From NCBI GenBank assembly GCA_025359245.1, contig JANYGW010000156.1, forward strand, positions 8,081 through 72,080: DNA of 64,000 bases. Reading direction: 5' to 3'. Positions 1-8,447 of the stretch are shown one piece after another. Positions within the stretch are counted from its first letter, which is position 1. Every line of letters starts with the position of its first letter. Below the pieces are notes generated by a model that did no database searches, was not told the origin of the DNA, and was given only the letters and a program-made list of their open reading frames with translations. Origin of the DNA: Massilia sp. (GTDB lineage: Bacteria > Pseudomonadota > Gammaproteobacteria > Burkholderiales > Burkholderiaceae_D). The translations under genes were made by a program, and so were the position numbers.

Positions 1-744
1 CGCAGCGCCTTGAACAGCGCCCAGTTCAACGCCGTCGACGCCGCATCCGGCGCGCCGCTGGTTGGCCTGTTCGCGCCCGAGAACCTCAGCTACGACCGGG
101 CGCGCGATCCCGCGCGCGAGCCCGGCCTGGCCGCCATGGCCAGCAAGGCGGTCGATGTGCTGTCGCATAATCCGAACGGTTTTTTCCTGGTGGTCGAGGG
201 CGGGCTGATCGACCTCGCGCTGCACGACACCCAGGCCAAGCGCGCCTTGCAGGAAGTGGTCGCTTTCGACGAGACCATCAAGGCCACCATTGCCCGGATG
301 CGGGTGCTCGATCCGGGTCTGAAGAACACGCTGATCGTCGTCACCGCCGACCATGACCACACGCTGCTGCTGAACGGCTACGCGCGCCGCACCGGCAAGA
401 CCACGCCGACCAATCCGGGTGTGCTGGGACTGGCGCGCAATGTATCGGACGGCGCGCTCCGGCTCGACGCGGACGGCGTGCCGTTCACGATCATCGGCTT
501 CGGCACCGGCGAACATCGGGTGCAGGGCAAACGCAGCAGCGTTCCAGCGCTGACCGACGCCGCCGTCACTGCCGACGATTATCACCAGGAAGCGGTGGTG
601 CGCACCGATGCCGGCGATGGAACCCATGGTGGCAGCGATGTTTTCCTCGGTGCGATCGGCGCGCGCGCCGACAGCTTTGGCGGCACCATCGACAACACGC
701 GCGTATTTGAACTGATCAAAGCCGCCGCCGGCTGGGAGAACTGA
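1..744 (+). CDS. Alkaline phosphatase (PhoA family), 5'-truncated by the window edge
   Basis: Frame is open from base 1. Motifs GFFLVVEGGLID..H, VTADHDH and THGG are the C-terminal metal-binding motifs of PhoA. Confidence 0.9.
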   Translation, partial: RSALNSAQFNAVDAASGAPLVGLFAPENLSYDRARDPAREPGLAAMASKAVDVLSHNPNGFFLVVEGGLIDLALHDTQAKRALQEVVAFDETIKATIARMRVLDPGLKNTLIVVTADHDHTLLLNGYARRTGKTTPTNPGVLGLARNVSDGALRLDADGVPFTIIGFGTGEHRVQGKRSSVPALTDAAVTADDYHQEAVVRTDAGDGTHGGSDVFLGAIGARADSFGGTIDNTRVFELIKAAAGWEN

Positions 745-746
745 GC

Positions 747-2126
747 ATGAAGACTGCCCGACTTTGCGCGCTGCTGCTGGCTGCATCCTGCGCCGTGGGC
801 GCTGGCGCTACTGCCGCGCCGGCCGCCAGGAATGTGATTTTTTTCCTCGGCGACGGCATGGGAGCGACCACGATCACCGCGTCGCGCATTTACAAATACA
901 AGGAAGAAGGCTTCCTGAACATGGAGGCGCTGGAGCACACGGCGCGCGTCAAGACCTATTCGAACGACGCTCAGACCACCGACAGCGCGCCGTCGATGGG
1001 CGCCTACATGACCGGCATCAAGATCAACAACGATGTCATTTCCATGGCCGATGCGAAGCCGCTCGCGCCGGCAAAGGACGCCAACGGCAACGCCACGGTC
1101 GACCGCTGCGAGCCCGGTAACGGCCGCACCGCGCCGACCATCCTGGAACTGGCGAAGGCGCATGGCATGTCGGTGGGCTCGATCACGACTACGGAATTGA
1201 CGCATGCAACGCCGGCGTCGACCTTCGCGCACGTCTGCCATCGGAACGCCGCCTACAGCATCGCTGCCCAGATCGTGCCGGGCGGCGCCGGCTACAACCC
1301 GGCGTTGCAAGATGGCGTCGACGTGCTGATGGGCGGCGGGCGCAACCACTTCACGCCTTTTGATGCCGTGAGCAACAAGAAAGGGCGCAGCGACGGACGC
1401 GACATGCTGGCCGAGTTTGCGGCGCGCGGCTACACGGTGGCGGCCAACGCGACAGAGATGGCGGCCGCGCAGCCAGGCCGCAAGTTTGTCGGCCTGTACA
1501 GCGCCGAAAGCCACATGGACTTCGATATGGATCGGCGCGCCGAGCAGCCGGCCTTGTCGCAGATGGCGCTCAAGGCAGTCGAGCTGCTGGCGCCGAATCC
1601 GAGCGGCTTCTTCCTGATGGTCGAAGGCGGCAAGATCGATCATGCGCTGCACGATACCAACGCCAAGCGGGCGCTGGTCGAGACCATCGCCTTCGATGAT
1701 GCGATCAAGGCGGTGCTGGAACGGATGCGCGTGCTCGATCCGGGCTTGCGCAATACGCTGATCGTGGTCACTGCCGACCATGACCACACGATGGTCATGA
1801 ACGGCTACGCCAAGCGCGGCAATCCCATCCTCGACATCGTACGCAATTACAGCGACGGCATGCCGGCCAGGGATGCGGACGGCAAGACCTACACGACGCT
1901 GGTGTTCGGCAATGGCCCGAATCGCAAGGACACGCGGGTCGATGTCGACAGCGCGCAAGCGCAGGGCGACGACTACCATCAGGAGACCGGGGTGCGCGGG
2001 ACCAGCGAAACCCACGGCGGCGGCGACGTCAAGCTGTTCGCCACCGGCGCCGGTTCGGGCGCGTTCAAAGGGACGATGGAGAATACCAAGGTGTTCCATC
2101 TGATGAAGGCGGCGTTCGGGTTTTAG
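747..2126 (+). CDS. phoA: Alkaline phosphatase (PhoA family) with signal peptide
   Basis: N-terminal signal peptide; GDGMG, TDSAPS (catalytic Ser), THATPA, EGGKIDHALH, TADHDH, ETHGG. Confidence 0.93.
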   Translation: MKTARLCALLLAASCAVGAGATAAPAARNVIFFLGDGMGATTITASRIYKYKEEGFLNMEALEHTARVKTYSNDAQTTDSAPSMGAYMTGIKINNDVISMADAKPLAPAKDANGNATVDRCEPGNGRTAPTILELAKAHGMSVGSITTTELTHATPASTFAHVCHRNAAYSIAAQIVPGGAGYNPALQDGVDVLMGGGRNHFTPFDAVSNKKGRSDGRDMLAEFAARGYTVAANATEMAAAQPGRKFVGLYSAESHMDFDMDRRAEQPALSQMALKAVELLAPNPSGFFLMVEGGKIDHALHDTNAKRALVETIAFDDAIKAVLERMRVLDPGLRNTLIVVTADHDHTMVMNGYAKRGNPILDIVRNYSDGMPARDADGKTYTTLVFGNGPNRKDTRVDVDSAQAQGDDYHQETGVRGTSETHGGGDVKLFATGAGSGAFKGTMENTKVFHLMKAAFGF

Positions 2127-2136
2127 CAGCCCCCCA

Positions 2137-2168
2137 CCACATCGCCCTTGCGCAGGCGAGGGCGATGT
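2137..2168. repeat. REP-like palindrome, family B, copy 1
   Basis: Arms ACATCGCCCT/AGGGCGATGT; the 27 nt at 2137-2163 are identical to 56071-56097. Confidence 0.7.
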
Positions 2169-2187
2169 ACTTGTACGCCACAAACAC

Positions 2188-2216
2188 AAAAGCCCCGGTC
2201 TTGCGATCGGGGCTTT
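2188..2216. terminator. Probable bidirectional intrinsic terminator
   Basis: AAAGCCCCG...CGGGGCTTT stem between convergent phoA and SWIB genes. Confidence 0.7.
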
Positions 2217-2244
2217 CTGCGAATTCGGCTTGGACAGCTAAATT

Positions 2245-2649
2245 TTATTTCAGGTGATCGGAAATGAGTTTGGTCATTTCGAACATCGATACCTGAGCTT
2301 TGCCGCCGAAGACAGCTTTGAGCTTGTCGTCTGCATTGATCATGCGGCGGTTCGCTGCGTCCTGGAGATCAAGCTTCTTGATGTAGTCCCAGACTTTCTT
2401 GGTCACTTCGGTGCGTGGCAACGGGGTTGCGCCAACTACTGCTGCCAGGGTCGCGGAAGGAGTCATCGCTTTCATGAAAGCGGCGTTCGGCTTGCGTGGG
2501 GCTGCTGGTTTTTTGACTGCTGCTACTTTTGGTGCTGCTGCTTTAGCTGGAGCCGCTTTCTTTGCTGCTGGCTTTGCCGCTGCGGCTGGCTTGGCTGCTG
2601 CTGCCTTTTTTGCTGGCGCTGCTGCTGGGGTTTTTTTGGCTGTTGCCAT
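2245..2649 (-). CDS. SWIB/MDM2-domain protein with Lys/Ala-rich histone-like N-terminal tail
   Basis: PAAKKAA repeats followed by PS..LAAVVG..PLPRTEVTKKVWDYIKK..LQD..NRRMINADDKL, the SWIB signature. Confidence 0.9.
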   Translation of the reverse strand: MATAKKTPAAAPAKKAAAAKPAAAAKPAAKKAAPAKAAAPKVAAVKKPAAPRKPNAAFMKAMTPSATLAAVVGATPLPRTEVTKKVWDYIKKLDLQDAANRRMINADDKLKAVFGGKAQVSMFEMTKLISDHLK

Positions 2650-2974
2650 CTTCGAGCCTCCTTAACGAACACATGGGAAATTGCGCAATTGATCGCACGG
2701 CTTATATTGGTGGGGATTTACTGATGACGCAAGTGTTTTTCAAGAATTTTTACCCTTTTTGAGAGGGAAAAGCCCGATCTACGCCCCGGAGCGGCTTGGC
2801 GCCCCGGATTTTCACCATCCCCGTGCATATAGGGCGCTGGGCCTCTTTCAAAAACCTTGGGCCAACACAGCACGAATTCCCTGCTCCGCCAGAAGAACCT
2901 TTGGTGCTCAGGAGGCCTGCCTTGCAAGGCAGGCCTCGTCCGCAGGCGCGCGGCTGCGCCGCACGAATTCCCTG

Positions 2975-4345
2975 CTACCGCATACCGCCCGGCATCATGC
3001 CTTTCATCCCGCGCATCATCTTCATCATGCCGCCGCCCTTGAGCTTTTTCATCATGCTTTGCATCTGGTCGTACTGGGTCAGCATGCGGTTCACTTCCTG
3101 TACCTGGACCCCGGCCCCGGCCGCGATGCGGCGCTTGCGGGTGGCCTTGATCAGTTCAGGCTTGGCGCGCTCCTGCGGCGTCATCGAGTCGATGATGCCG
3201 ACCATGCGCCGCACCTGCTTGTCGGCCTGGTCCATGTTGGCGCCGCCGGCGGCCTGCTGGAACTGGGCCGGCAGCTTGTCGATCAGGCTGGCCATGCCGC
3301 CCATTTTTTTCATCTGGCCCAGCTGCGACTTGAAATCGTTCATGTCGAAGCGTCCGCCCGACTTGATCTTGTTGGCCATGTCGGCCGCGGCCTTGCTGTC
3401 GACGCCCTTGCGCGCTTCTTCGACCAGCGCCATGATGTCGCCCATGCCGAGGATGCGGTTGGCCATGCGCTGGGCGTCGAACGCTTCCAGACCGTCCAGC
3501 TTTTCGGACACGCCGGCAAACTTGATCGGTTTGCCGGTGATGTGGCGCACCGACAGGGCCGCGCCGCCGCGCGAGTCGCCGTCGAGCTTCGTCAATACGA
3601 TGCCGGTCAGGGGCAGCGCGTCGCTGAACGCCTTGGCGGTGTTGATCGCGTCCTGTCCCAGCATGGCGTCGACCACGAACAGGGTCTCGATCGGGTTGAC
3701 CGCTTTGTGGACCGCGGAGATCTCCTGCATCATCGCTTCGTCGATGCCGAGGCGGCCGGCGGTGTCGATGATCAGCACGTCGTGGTAGTGCTTCTTGGCC
3801 CAGTCGAGCGCGGCCAGCGCGATGTCGACCGGCTTGTCGGTCGCCGACGATGGGAAGAAATCGGCGCCGACCTGCCTGGTCACCGATTCGAGCTGGGCGA
3901 TCGCGGCAGGGCGGTACACGTCGGCCGAGACGGTCAGGACCTTTTTCTTTTTCTCTTCCTTGAGGTACTTGGCGAGCTTGCCGACGGTGGTGGTTTTACC
4001 CACGCCCTGCAAACCGGCCATCAGGATGATCGCCGGCGGCTGCTGGGCGAAGCTCAGTTGCGACGCTTCGGGGCCGAGGTCGGCGCCCATCAGGATGGCC
4101 AGCTCGCGCTGGACCACGCCGACCAGCGCCTGGCCCGGGCTGAGCGAGGCGATGACTTCTTCGCCCAGCGCTTTTTCCTTGACGCGGCCGATGAACTCGC
4201 GCACGGCGGGCAGGGCCACGTCGGCTTCGAGCAGGGCCAGGCGCACTTCGCGCAGCATCTCGGCGGTGTTGGTTTCGGTCAGACGCGCCTCACCGCGCAT
4301 GGTCTTGACGACCTTGGCGAGGCGTTGGGTTAAGTTATCGAGCAT
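2975..4345 (-). CDS. ffh: Signal recognition particle protein
   Basis: GLQGVGKTTT, DTAGR, TKLDGDSRGG and Met-rich M domain. Confidence 0.98.
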   Translation of the reverse strand: MLDNLTQRLAKVVKTMRGEARLTETNTAEMLREVRLALLEADVALPAVREFIGRVKEKALGEEVIASLSPGQALVGVVQRELAILMGADLGPEASQLSFAQQPPAIILMAGLQGVGKTTTVGKLAKYLKEEKKKKVLTVSADVYRPAAIAQLESVTRQVGADFFPSSATDKPVDIALAALDWAKKHYHDVLIIDTAGRLGIDEAMMQEISAVHKAVNPIETLFVVDAMLGQDAINTAKAFSDALPLTGIVLTKLDGDSRGGAALSVRHITGKPIKFAGVSEKLDGLEAFDAQRMANRILGMGDIMALVEEARKGVDSKAAADMANKIKSGGRFDMNDFKSQLGQMKKMGGMASLIDKLPAQFQQAAGGANMDQADKQVRRMVGIIDSMTPQERAKPELIKATRKRRIAAGAGVQVQEVNRMLTQYDQMQSMMKKLKGGGMMKMMRGMKGMMPGGMR

Positions 4346-4608
4346 GGCAGACCTGACTAATATATATATAGAGGCGATTCGGCGCGGGGCCGGAGGTGGG
4401 CCATTTTACCCTAACGGACAGCGATGGCGGACCGCGCCGCGCCGCAGCGGGGGGCAGGATTTTCCGCGGTTCCCGGCCGGCGCTGAACTATCATGTAGCG
4501 GCCAGCGCAATCGTGCCTGGCCTTGGCGTCAGCGCCGCACGCTCGGAGAACCATATAGGACCGCCCATCGCTGAATGCGCGCAACACGGCAAAGCTTGCG
4601 CTGGACGT

Positions 4609-4638
4609 TTGACAGCCTGCCGCTGCGTGCCTTATATT
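4609..4638 (+). promoter_or_regulatory. Putative sigma70 promoter for the ABC operon
   Basis: TTGACA-18 bp-TATATT upstream of 4741. Confidence 0.45.
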
Positions 4639-4740
4639 TCCTTGTGGAAATATTAAACGGAGTGCTATGTTGTGCGCGCTATTTTAAATGCATAATCTCG
4701 CGGTGGTACGGATCGAACAGCAACCCTTACGGAGAAATGC

Positions 4741-5718
4741 ATGACGACGAACATCATCAGGAACACATTGGCCGCCGCAGCCTTGCTGCTGTTGGCAGGC
4801 GCGGCCCAGGCGCAGGAAGTCATCCGGCTCGGCAACCTCAAATTCGCGCATTACGGCGCGGTCTCGTATATCAAGGAAATCGCTCCCAAGTGCGGCATCC
4901 AGGTCGATGAAAAGGTCTTCGCCAAGGGCCTCGACGTGATGCAGGCGATCATCGCCGGCGAACTCGATGTCGGCACCACGGCCTCGGAGGCGGCCATTTC
5001 GGGGCGTGCCAGCGGAGCGCCGATTTTCGTGGTGGCCGGTTTCGCCAAGGGCGGCGCGCGGCTGGTGGCGCGGCCCGGCGTGAACATCAAGGGCATCAAG
5101 GACTTGAAGGGCAAGAAGGTGGGCGTGACGCGCGGCGGCATCCAGGAAGTGTTGCTGATGGCCGAACTGCAGGCGGCCGGCATCAGCGCCGACAGCGCGC
5201 CGGGCAAGGACGTGCAGCTGATCTATCTGCCGTTCGCGGACCTGAACCAGGCGCTGATGGGCAAGAACATCGACGCCATGATGCAGTCCGAGCCGCAGTC
5301 TTCGCAGGCCATCAACAAGGGCTTCGGGGTCGAGGTGATGAAACCGTACGACACCCCGATCGGCGAACCGGTGCGCACCATGGTCATGACCGAGAAGTTC
5401 TACAATACCAGGCGCGAGCTGGCCGAAAAATTCATGCGCTGCTTCGTCCAGTCGACCAAGACCTTCATCGACAACAAGGCACTGGCCGAGAAGTATGTGC
5501 GCGAAGTGATCTTCAAGGGCCAGATCAGCAGCGCCGACTTCAACGACGCGATCAGCAATTCGCCGTATTCGTACGACATCACGGCGCAGCACATCCAGGT
5601 TACCACCGACATCATGGTCAAGACCGGGGTGGGGCGCATGGCCACTCCGCCGCTGGCGAAGGACTGGGTCAAGACCGACCTGCTGGAAGCGGCCAAGAAA
5701 AGCCTTGGCGTCAAATAG
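4741..5718 (+). CDS. ABC transporter substrate-binding protein (NitT/TauT/SsuA family)
   Basis: Signal peptide; IKDLKGKKVGV motif; first gene of an SBP-permease-ATPase operon. Confidence 0.88.
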   Translation: MTTNIIRNTLAAAALLLLAGAAQAQEVIRLGNLKFAHYGAVSYIKEIAPKCGIQVDEKVFAKGLDVMQAIIAGELDVGTTASEAAISGRASGAPIFVVAGFAKGGARLVARPGVNIKGIKDLKGKKVGVTRGGIQEVLLMAELQAAGISADSAPGKDVQLIYLPFADLNQALMGKNIDAMMQSEPQSSQAINKGFGVEVMKPYDTPIGEPVRTMVMTEKFYNTRRELAEKFMRCFVQSTKTFIDNKALAEKYVREVIFKGQISSADFNDAISNSPYSYDITAQHIQVTTDIMVKTGVGRMATPPLAKDWVKTDLLEAAKKSLGVK

Positions 5719-5745
5719 CACACTGCGCTGACATGAGGAGCGGGA

Positions 5746-6561
5746 ATGGCAAAATCGAATCTGCGTGAAATCGGCACCGGCATGGTGGTCCCGGTTGTCA
5801 TCATCGTCGCCTGGCAGGCGGTGGCGATGCTGGGCTGGGTCAATCCGCAGGTGCTGCCGTCGCCGCTGGCGGTGGTGCGAAAATGGTTCGTCTACCTGCT
5901 GCCGCTGCAGCCGTATGCCGAAGGCAGCTGGCTTAAATGGGCGGTGTCGGGCGAGCTGCTGCTCGATTCCTTTGCCAGCATGTACCGGGTGTTGCTCGGT
6001 TTCGTGATCGGGGCCGGCCTGGCGCTGCCGCTTGGCCTGGCGATGGGCGCGAGCGCGCGCGTCTACGCCTGGTTCAATCCGCTGGTCCAGTTGCTGCGCC
6101 CGATCCCGCCGATCGCCTACATCCCGCTGGCGATCCTGTGGTTCGGCCTGGGCAATCCGCCGGCCGTGTTCCTGATCGCGCTGGGGGCCTTTTTTCCGGT
6201 GCTGATGAATACCATTGCCGGCGTGCGCCAGGTCGACGGCATCTACCTGCGCGCGGCGCGCAACCTGGGCGCCAGCGGCAGCACCATGTTCCTGCGTGTG
6301 ATCCTGCCGGCCTCGGTGCCCTACATCCTGGCCGGCGTGCGGATCGGCATCGGCACCGCCTTCATCGTTGTGATCGTTTCCGAAATGATCGCGGTCAACA
6401 ACGGACTCGGTTTCCGCATCCTTGAGGCGCGCGAGTATTTTTGGTCCGACAAGATCATGGCCGGCATGATTACCATCGGCATGCTGGGCCTGGCCATCGA
6501 CGTCGCCATGAACCGCCTGAGCAACTATCTGCTGCGCTGGCACCGCGGCCTGGAGCATTGA
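5746..6561 (+). CDS. ABC transporter permease (NitT/TauT family)
   Basis: LPSP, LRPIPPIA, EAA-like AARNLGAS loop, GLGF. Confidence 0.9.
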   Translation: MAKSNLREIGTGMVVPVVIIVAWQAVAMLGWVNPQVLPSPLAVVRKWFVYLLPLQPYAEGSWLKWAVSGELLLDSFASMYRVLLGFVIGAGLALPLGLAMGASARVYAWFNPLVQLLRPIPPIAYIPLAILWFGLGNPPAVFLIALGAFFPVLMNTIAGVRQVDGIYLRAARNLGASGSTMFLRVILPASVPYILAGVRIGIGTAFIVVIVSEMIAVNNGLGFRILEAREYFWSDKIMAGMITIGMLGLAIDVAMNRLSNYLLRWHRGLEH

Positions 6562-6562
6562 C

Positions 6563-7360
6563 ATGAGCGCAGCGCAGATACTGATCAGTGGCGTCAGCAA
6601 GGTGTTTACCACCGAAGGGCGCGAACTGCTGGCCCTGCAGGACATCAGCCTGGAGATCCCGCGCGGGCAGTTCACCTGCCTGCTGGGGCCTTCCGGCTGC
6701 GGCAAGTCGACCCTGCTCAACGCGGTGGCCGGTTTTGCGCCGCCCACCAGCGGCCACATCTCGGCCGAGGGCAAGCGCGTGACCGGCCCCGGCCCCGAGC
6801 GCGGCATGGTGTTCCAGGAATATGCCCTGTTCCCGTGGATGACGGTGGCCCAGAACATCGGTTTCGGCCTCGAAATCAAGGGCATGGACAAGGCCGCGAT
6901 CGGCCAGCGCGTGGATACCTTGCTGGCGATGCTGTCGCTGGCAGATTTCCGCCAGCGCTTTCCCAAGGACCTGTCGGGCGGCATGCGCCAGCGCGTGGCG
7001 ATCGCGCGCGTGCTGGCGCTCGATTCTCCCATCATGCTGATGGACGAGCCGTTCGGCGCGCTCGATGCGCTGACCCGGCGCAACCTGCAGGACGAGCTGC
7101 TGCGCATCTGGGCCGAGCTCAAAAAGACCATCCTGTTCGTCACCCACAGCATCGAAGAGGCGATCTACCTGGCCGACCGCATCGTGGTGATGACCTATCG
7201 GCCCGGCACCGTCAAGCGCGACCTGCTGGTCGAGCTGCCGCGCATGCGCGATCCGGCCTCGCCCGAGTTCAACGCCCTCAAGCGCGAACTGGACCAGCTG
7301 GTCATGGAAGAACAGCAACGCCACCATCATGACGAGCTGCGCGCGGCCGCCGTCGATTGA
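6563..7360 (+). CDS. ABC transporter ATP-binding protein (NitT/TauT family)
   Basis: GPSGCGKST, LSGGMRQR, MDEPFGALD, FVTH. Confidence 0.93.
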   Translation: MSAAQILISGVSKVFTTEGRELLALQDISLEIPRGQFTCLLGPSGCGKSTLLNAVAGFAPPTSGHISAEGKRVTGPGPERGMVFQEYALFPWMTVAQNIGFGLEIKGMDKAAIGQRVDTLLAMLSLADFRQRFPKDLSGGMRQRVAIARVLALDSPIMLMDEPFGALDALTRRNLQDELLRIWAELKKTILFVTHSIEEAIYLADRIVVMTYRPGTVKRDLLVELPRMRDPASPEFNALKRELDQLVMEEQQRHHHDELRAAAVD

Positions 7361-7400
7361 TCTGTCGCGCTGGCGCGCGCCAATAGTGTAAACTTGAACG

Positions 7401-8204
7401 ATGCAGACCTACTTATATATTGCAGCGGCGCTGATCTATGCCGTCTGCGCATTGCTTCCGACCCGCAAGGGCGTTCTGATCTCCGGCATCACCGCCGGCG
7501 CCTGGCTGCTGCATGGGGCCGGACTGTCGCTCGACATGTTCGCCAACGGCACCGTGCGCACCGGCTTTGCGCAGATGCTCTCGGCCGCGCTGTGGGTGTC
7601 GGTGGCGGCCTACTGGATCGAAAACCGCAATTTCGCGCTCGACAGCCTGCGCCGCCTGATCATGCCGTGCGCGGCGCTGGTGGCCGTGCTGCCGGTGCTG
7701 TTTCCGGGCAGCCTGCTGGCGCGCGAAGACATGCCGCCCGCCTTCGGTTGGCACATCGCGGTCGCCATTCTCGCCTACAGCATCCTCACCATCGCCGCCT
7801 TCCATGCCGTGCTGATGGCGCTGCAGGAAGCGCGCCTGCACACGCGCCGCGCGCAGGCGGGCTGGCTGGCCTCGGCGATCGATCAGTTGCCGGCCCTGCT
7901 GACGATGGAAAAACTGCTGTTCCGGCTGATCTGGATCGGCTTCATCCTGCTCACGCTGACCGTCTTGTCGGGCATCGTGTTCTCCGAACAGCTGTTCGGG
8001 AGGGCCATGAAATGGGATCACAAGATCCTGTTCACGCTGCTGTCCTGGATCCTGTTCGCAGCCCTGCTGGCCGGGCGCCGCTGGCGCGGCTGGCGCGGCA
8101 AGACCGCGCTGCGCTTCACGCTGGCCGGTTTCGCCGCGCTGGTGCTGGCCTATGTCGGCAGCCGATTTGTGTTTGAAGTCGTGCTCCACAAGGCCTTCGC
8201 ATGA
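7401..8204 (+). CDS. Cytochrome c assembly family inner-membrane protein (YpjD/CcsA-like)
   Basis: Multi-pass membrane protein with WHIAVAILAY, WDHK and GWRG motifs. Confidence 0.85.
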   Translation: MQTYLYIAAALIYAVCALLPTRKGVLISGITAGAWLLHGAGLSLDMFANGTVRTGFAQMLSAALWVSVAAYWIENRNFALDSLRRLIMPCAALVAVLPVLFPGSLLAREDMPPAFGWHIAVAILAYSILTIAAFHAVLMALQEARLHTRRAQAGWLASAIDQLPALLTMEKLLFRLIWIGFILLTLTVLSGIVFSEQLFGRAMKWDHKILFTLLSWILFAALLAGRRWRGWRGKTALRFTLAGFAALVLAYVGSRFVFEVVLHKAFA

Positions 8205-8443
8205 GCCGCCTCCTGTTCTGGATCGCGCTGGCGATCCTGGTCGTGATGGCGCTGCGCAGCAAGCTGCGCGGCATGGGCGGGCCGGCGCAAGGGAGCGACC
8301 CCGGTCCCGGTACGGCGCTGGGCGAGGGCGAACCGATGGCCTGCTGCGCCCATTGCCATGTGTATTTCCCGGCGTCCGAATCGGTGCGCGCAGACGGCCT
8401 GGACTACTGCAGCCCGGCGCACGTCCGGTTGCCGGCCCAATAG
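8201..8443 (+). CDS. PP0621-family small membrane protein with Cys/His motif
   Basis: N-terminal TM helix; MACCAHCHVYFP...YCSPAH; overlaps the upstream stop codon. Confidence 0.8.
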   Translation: MSRLLFWIALAILVVMALRSKLRGMGGPAQGSDPGPGTALGEGEPMACCAHCHVYFPASESVRADGLDYCSPAHVRLPAQ

Positions 8444-8447
8444 CCCG

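Noticed and set aside
4360-4370. (AT)5 run upstream of ffh as a phase-variation tract
   Set aside because: Too short; more simply an AT-rich leader or promoter element.
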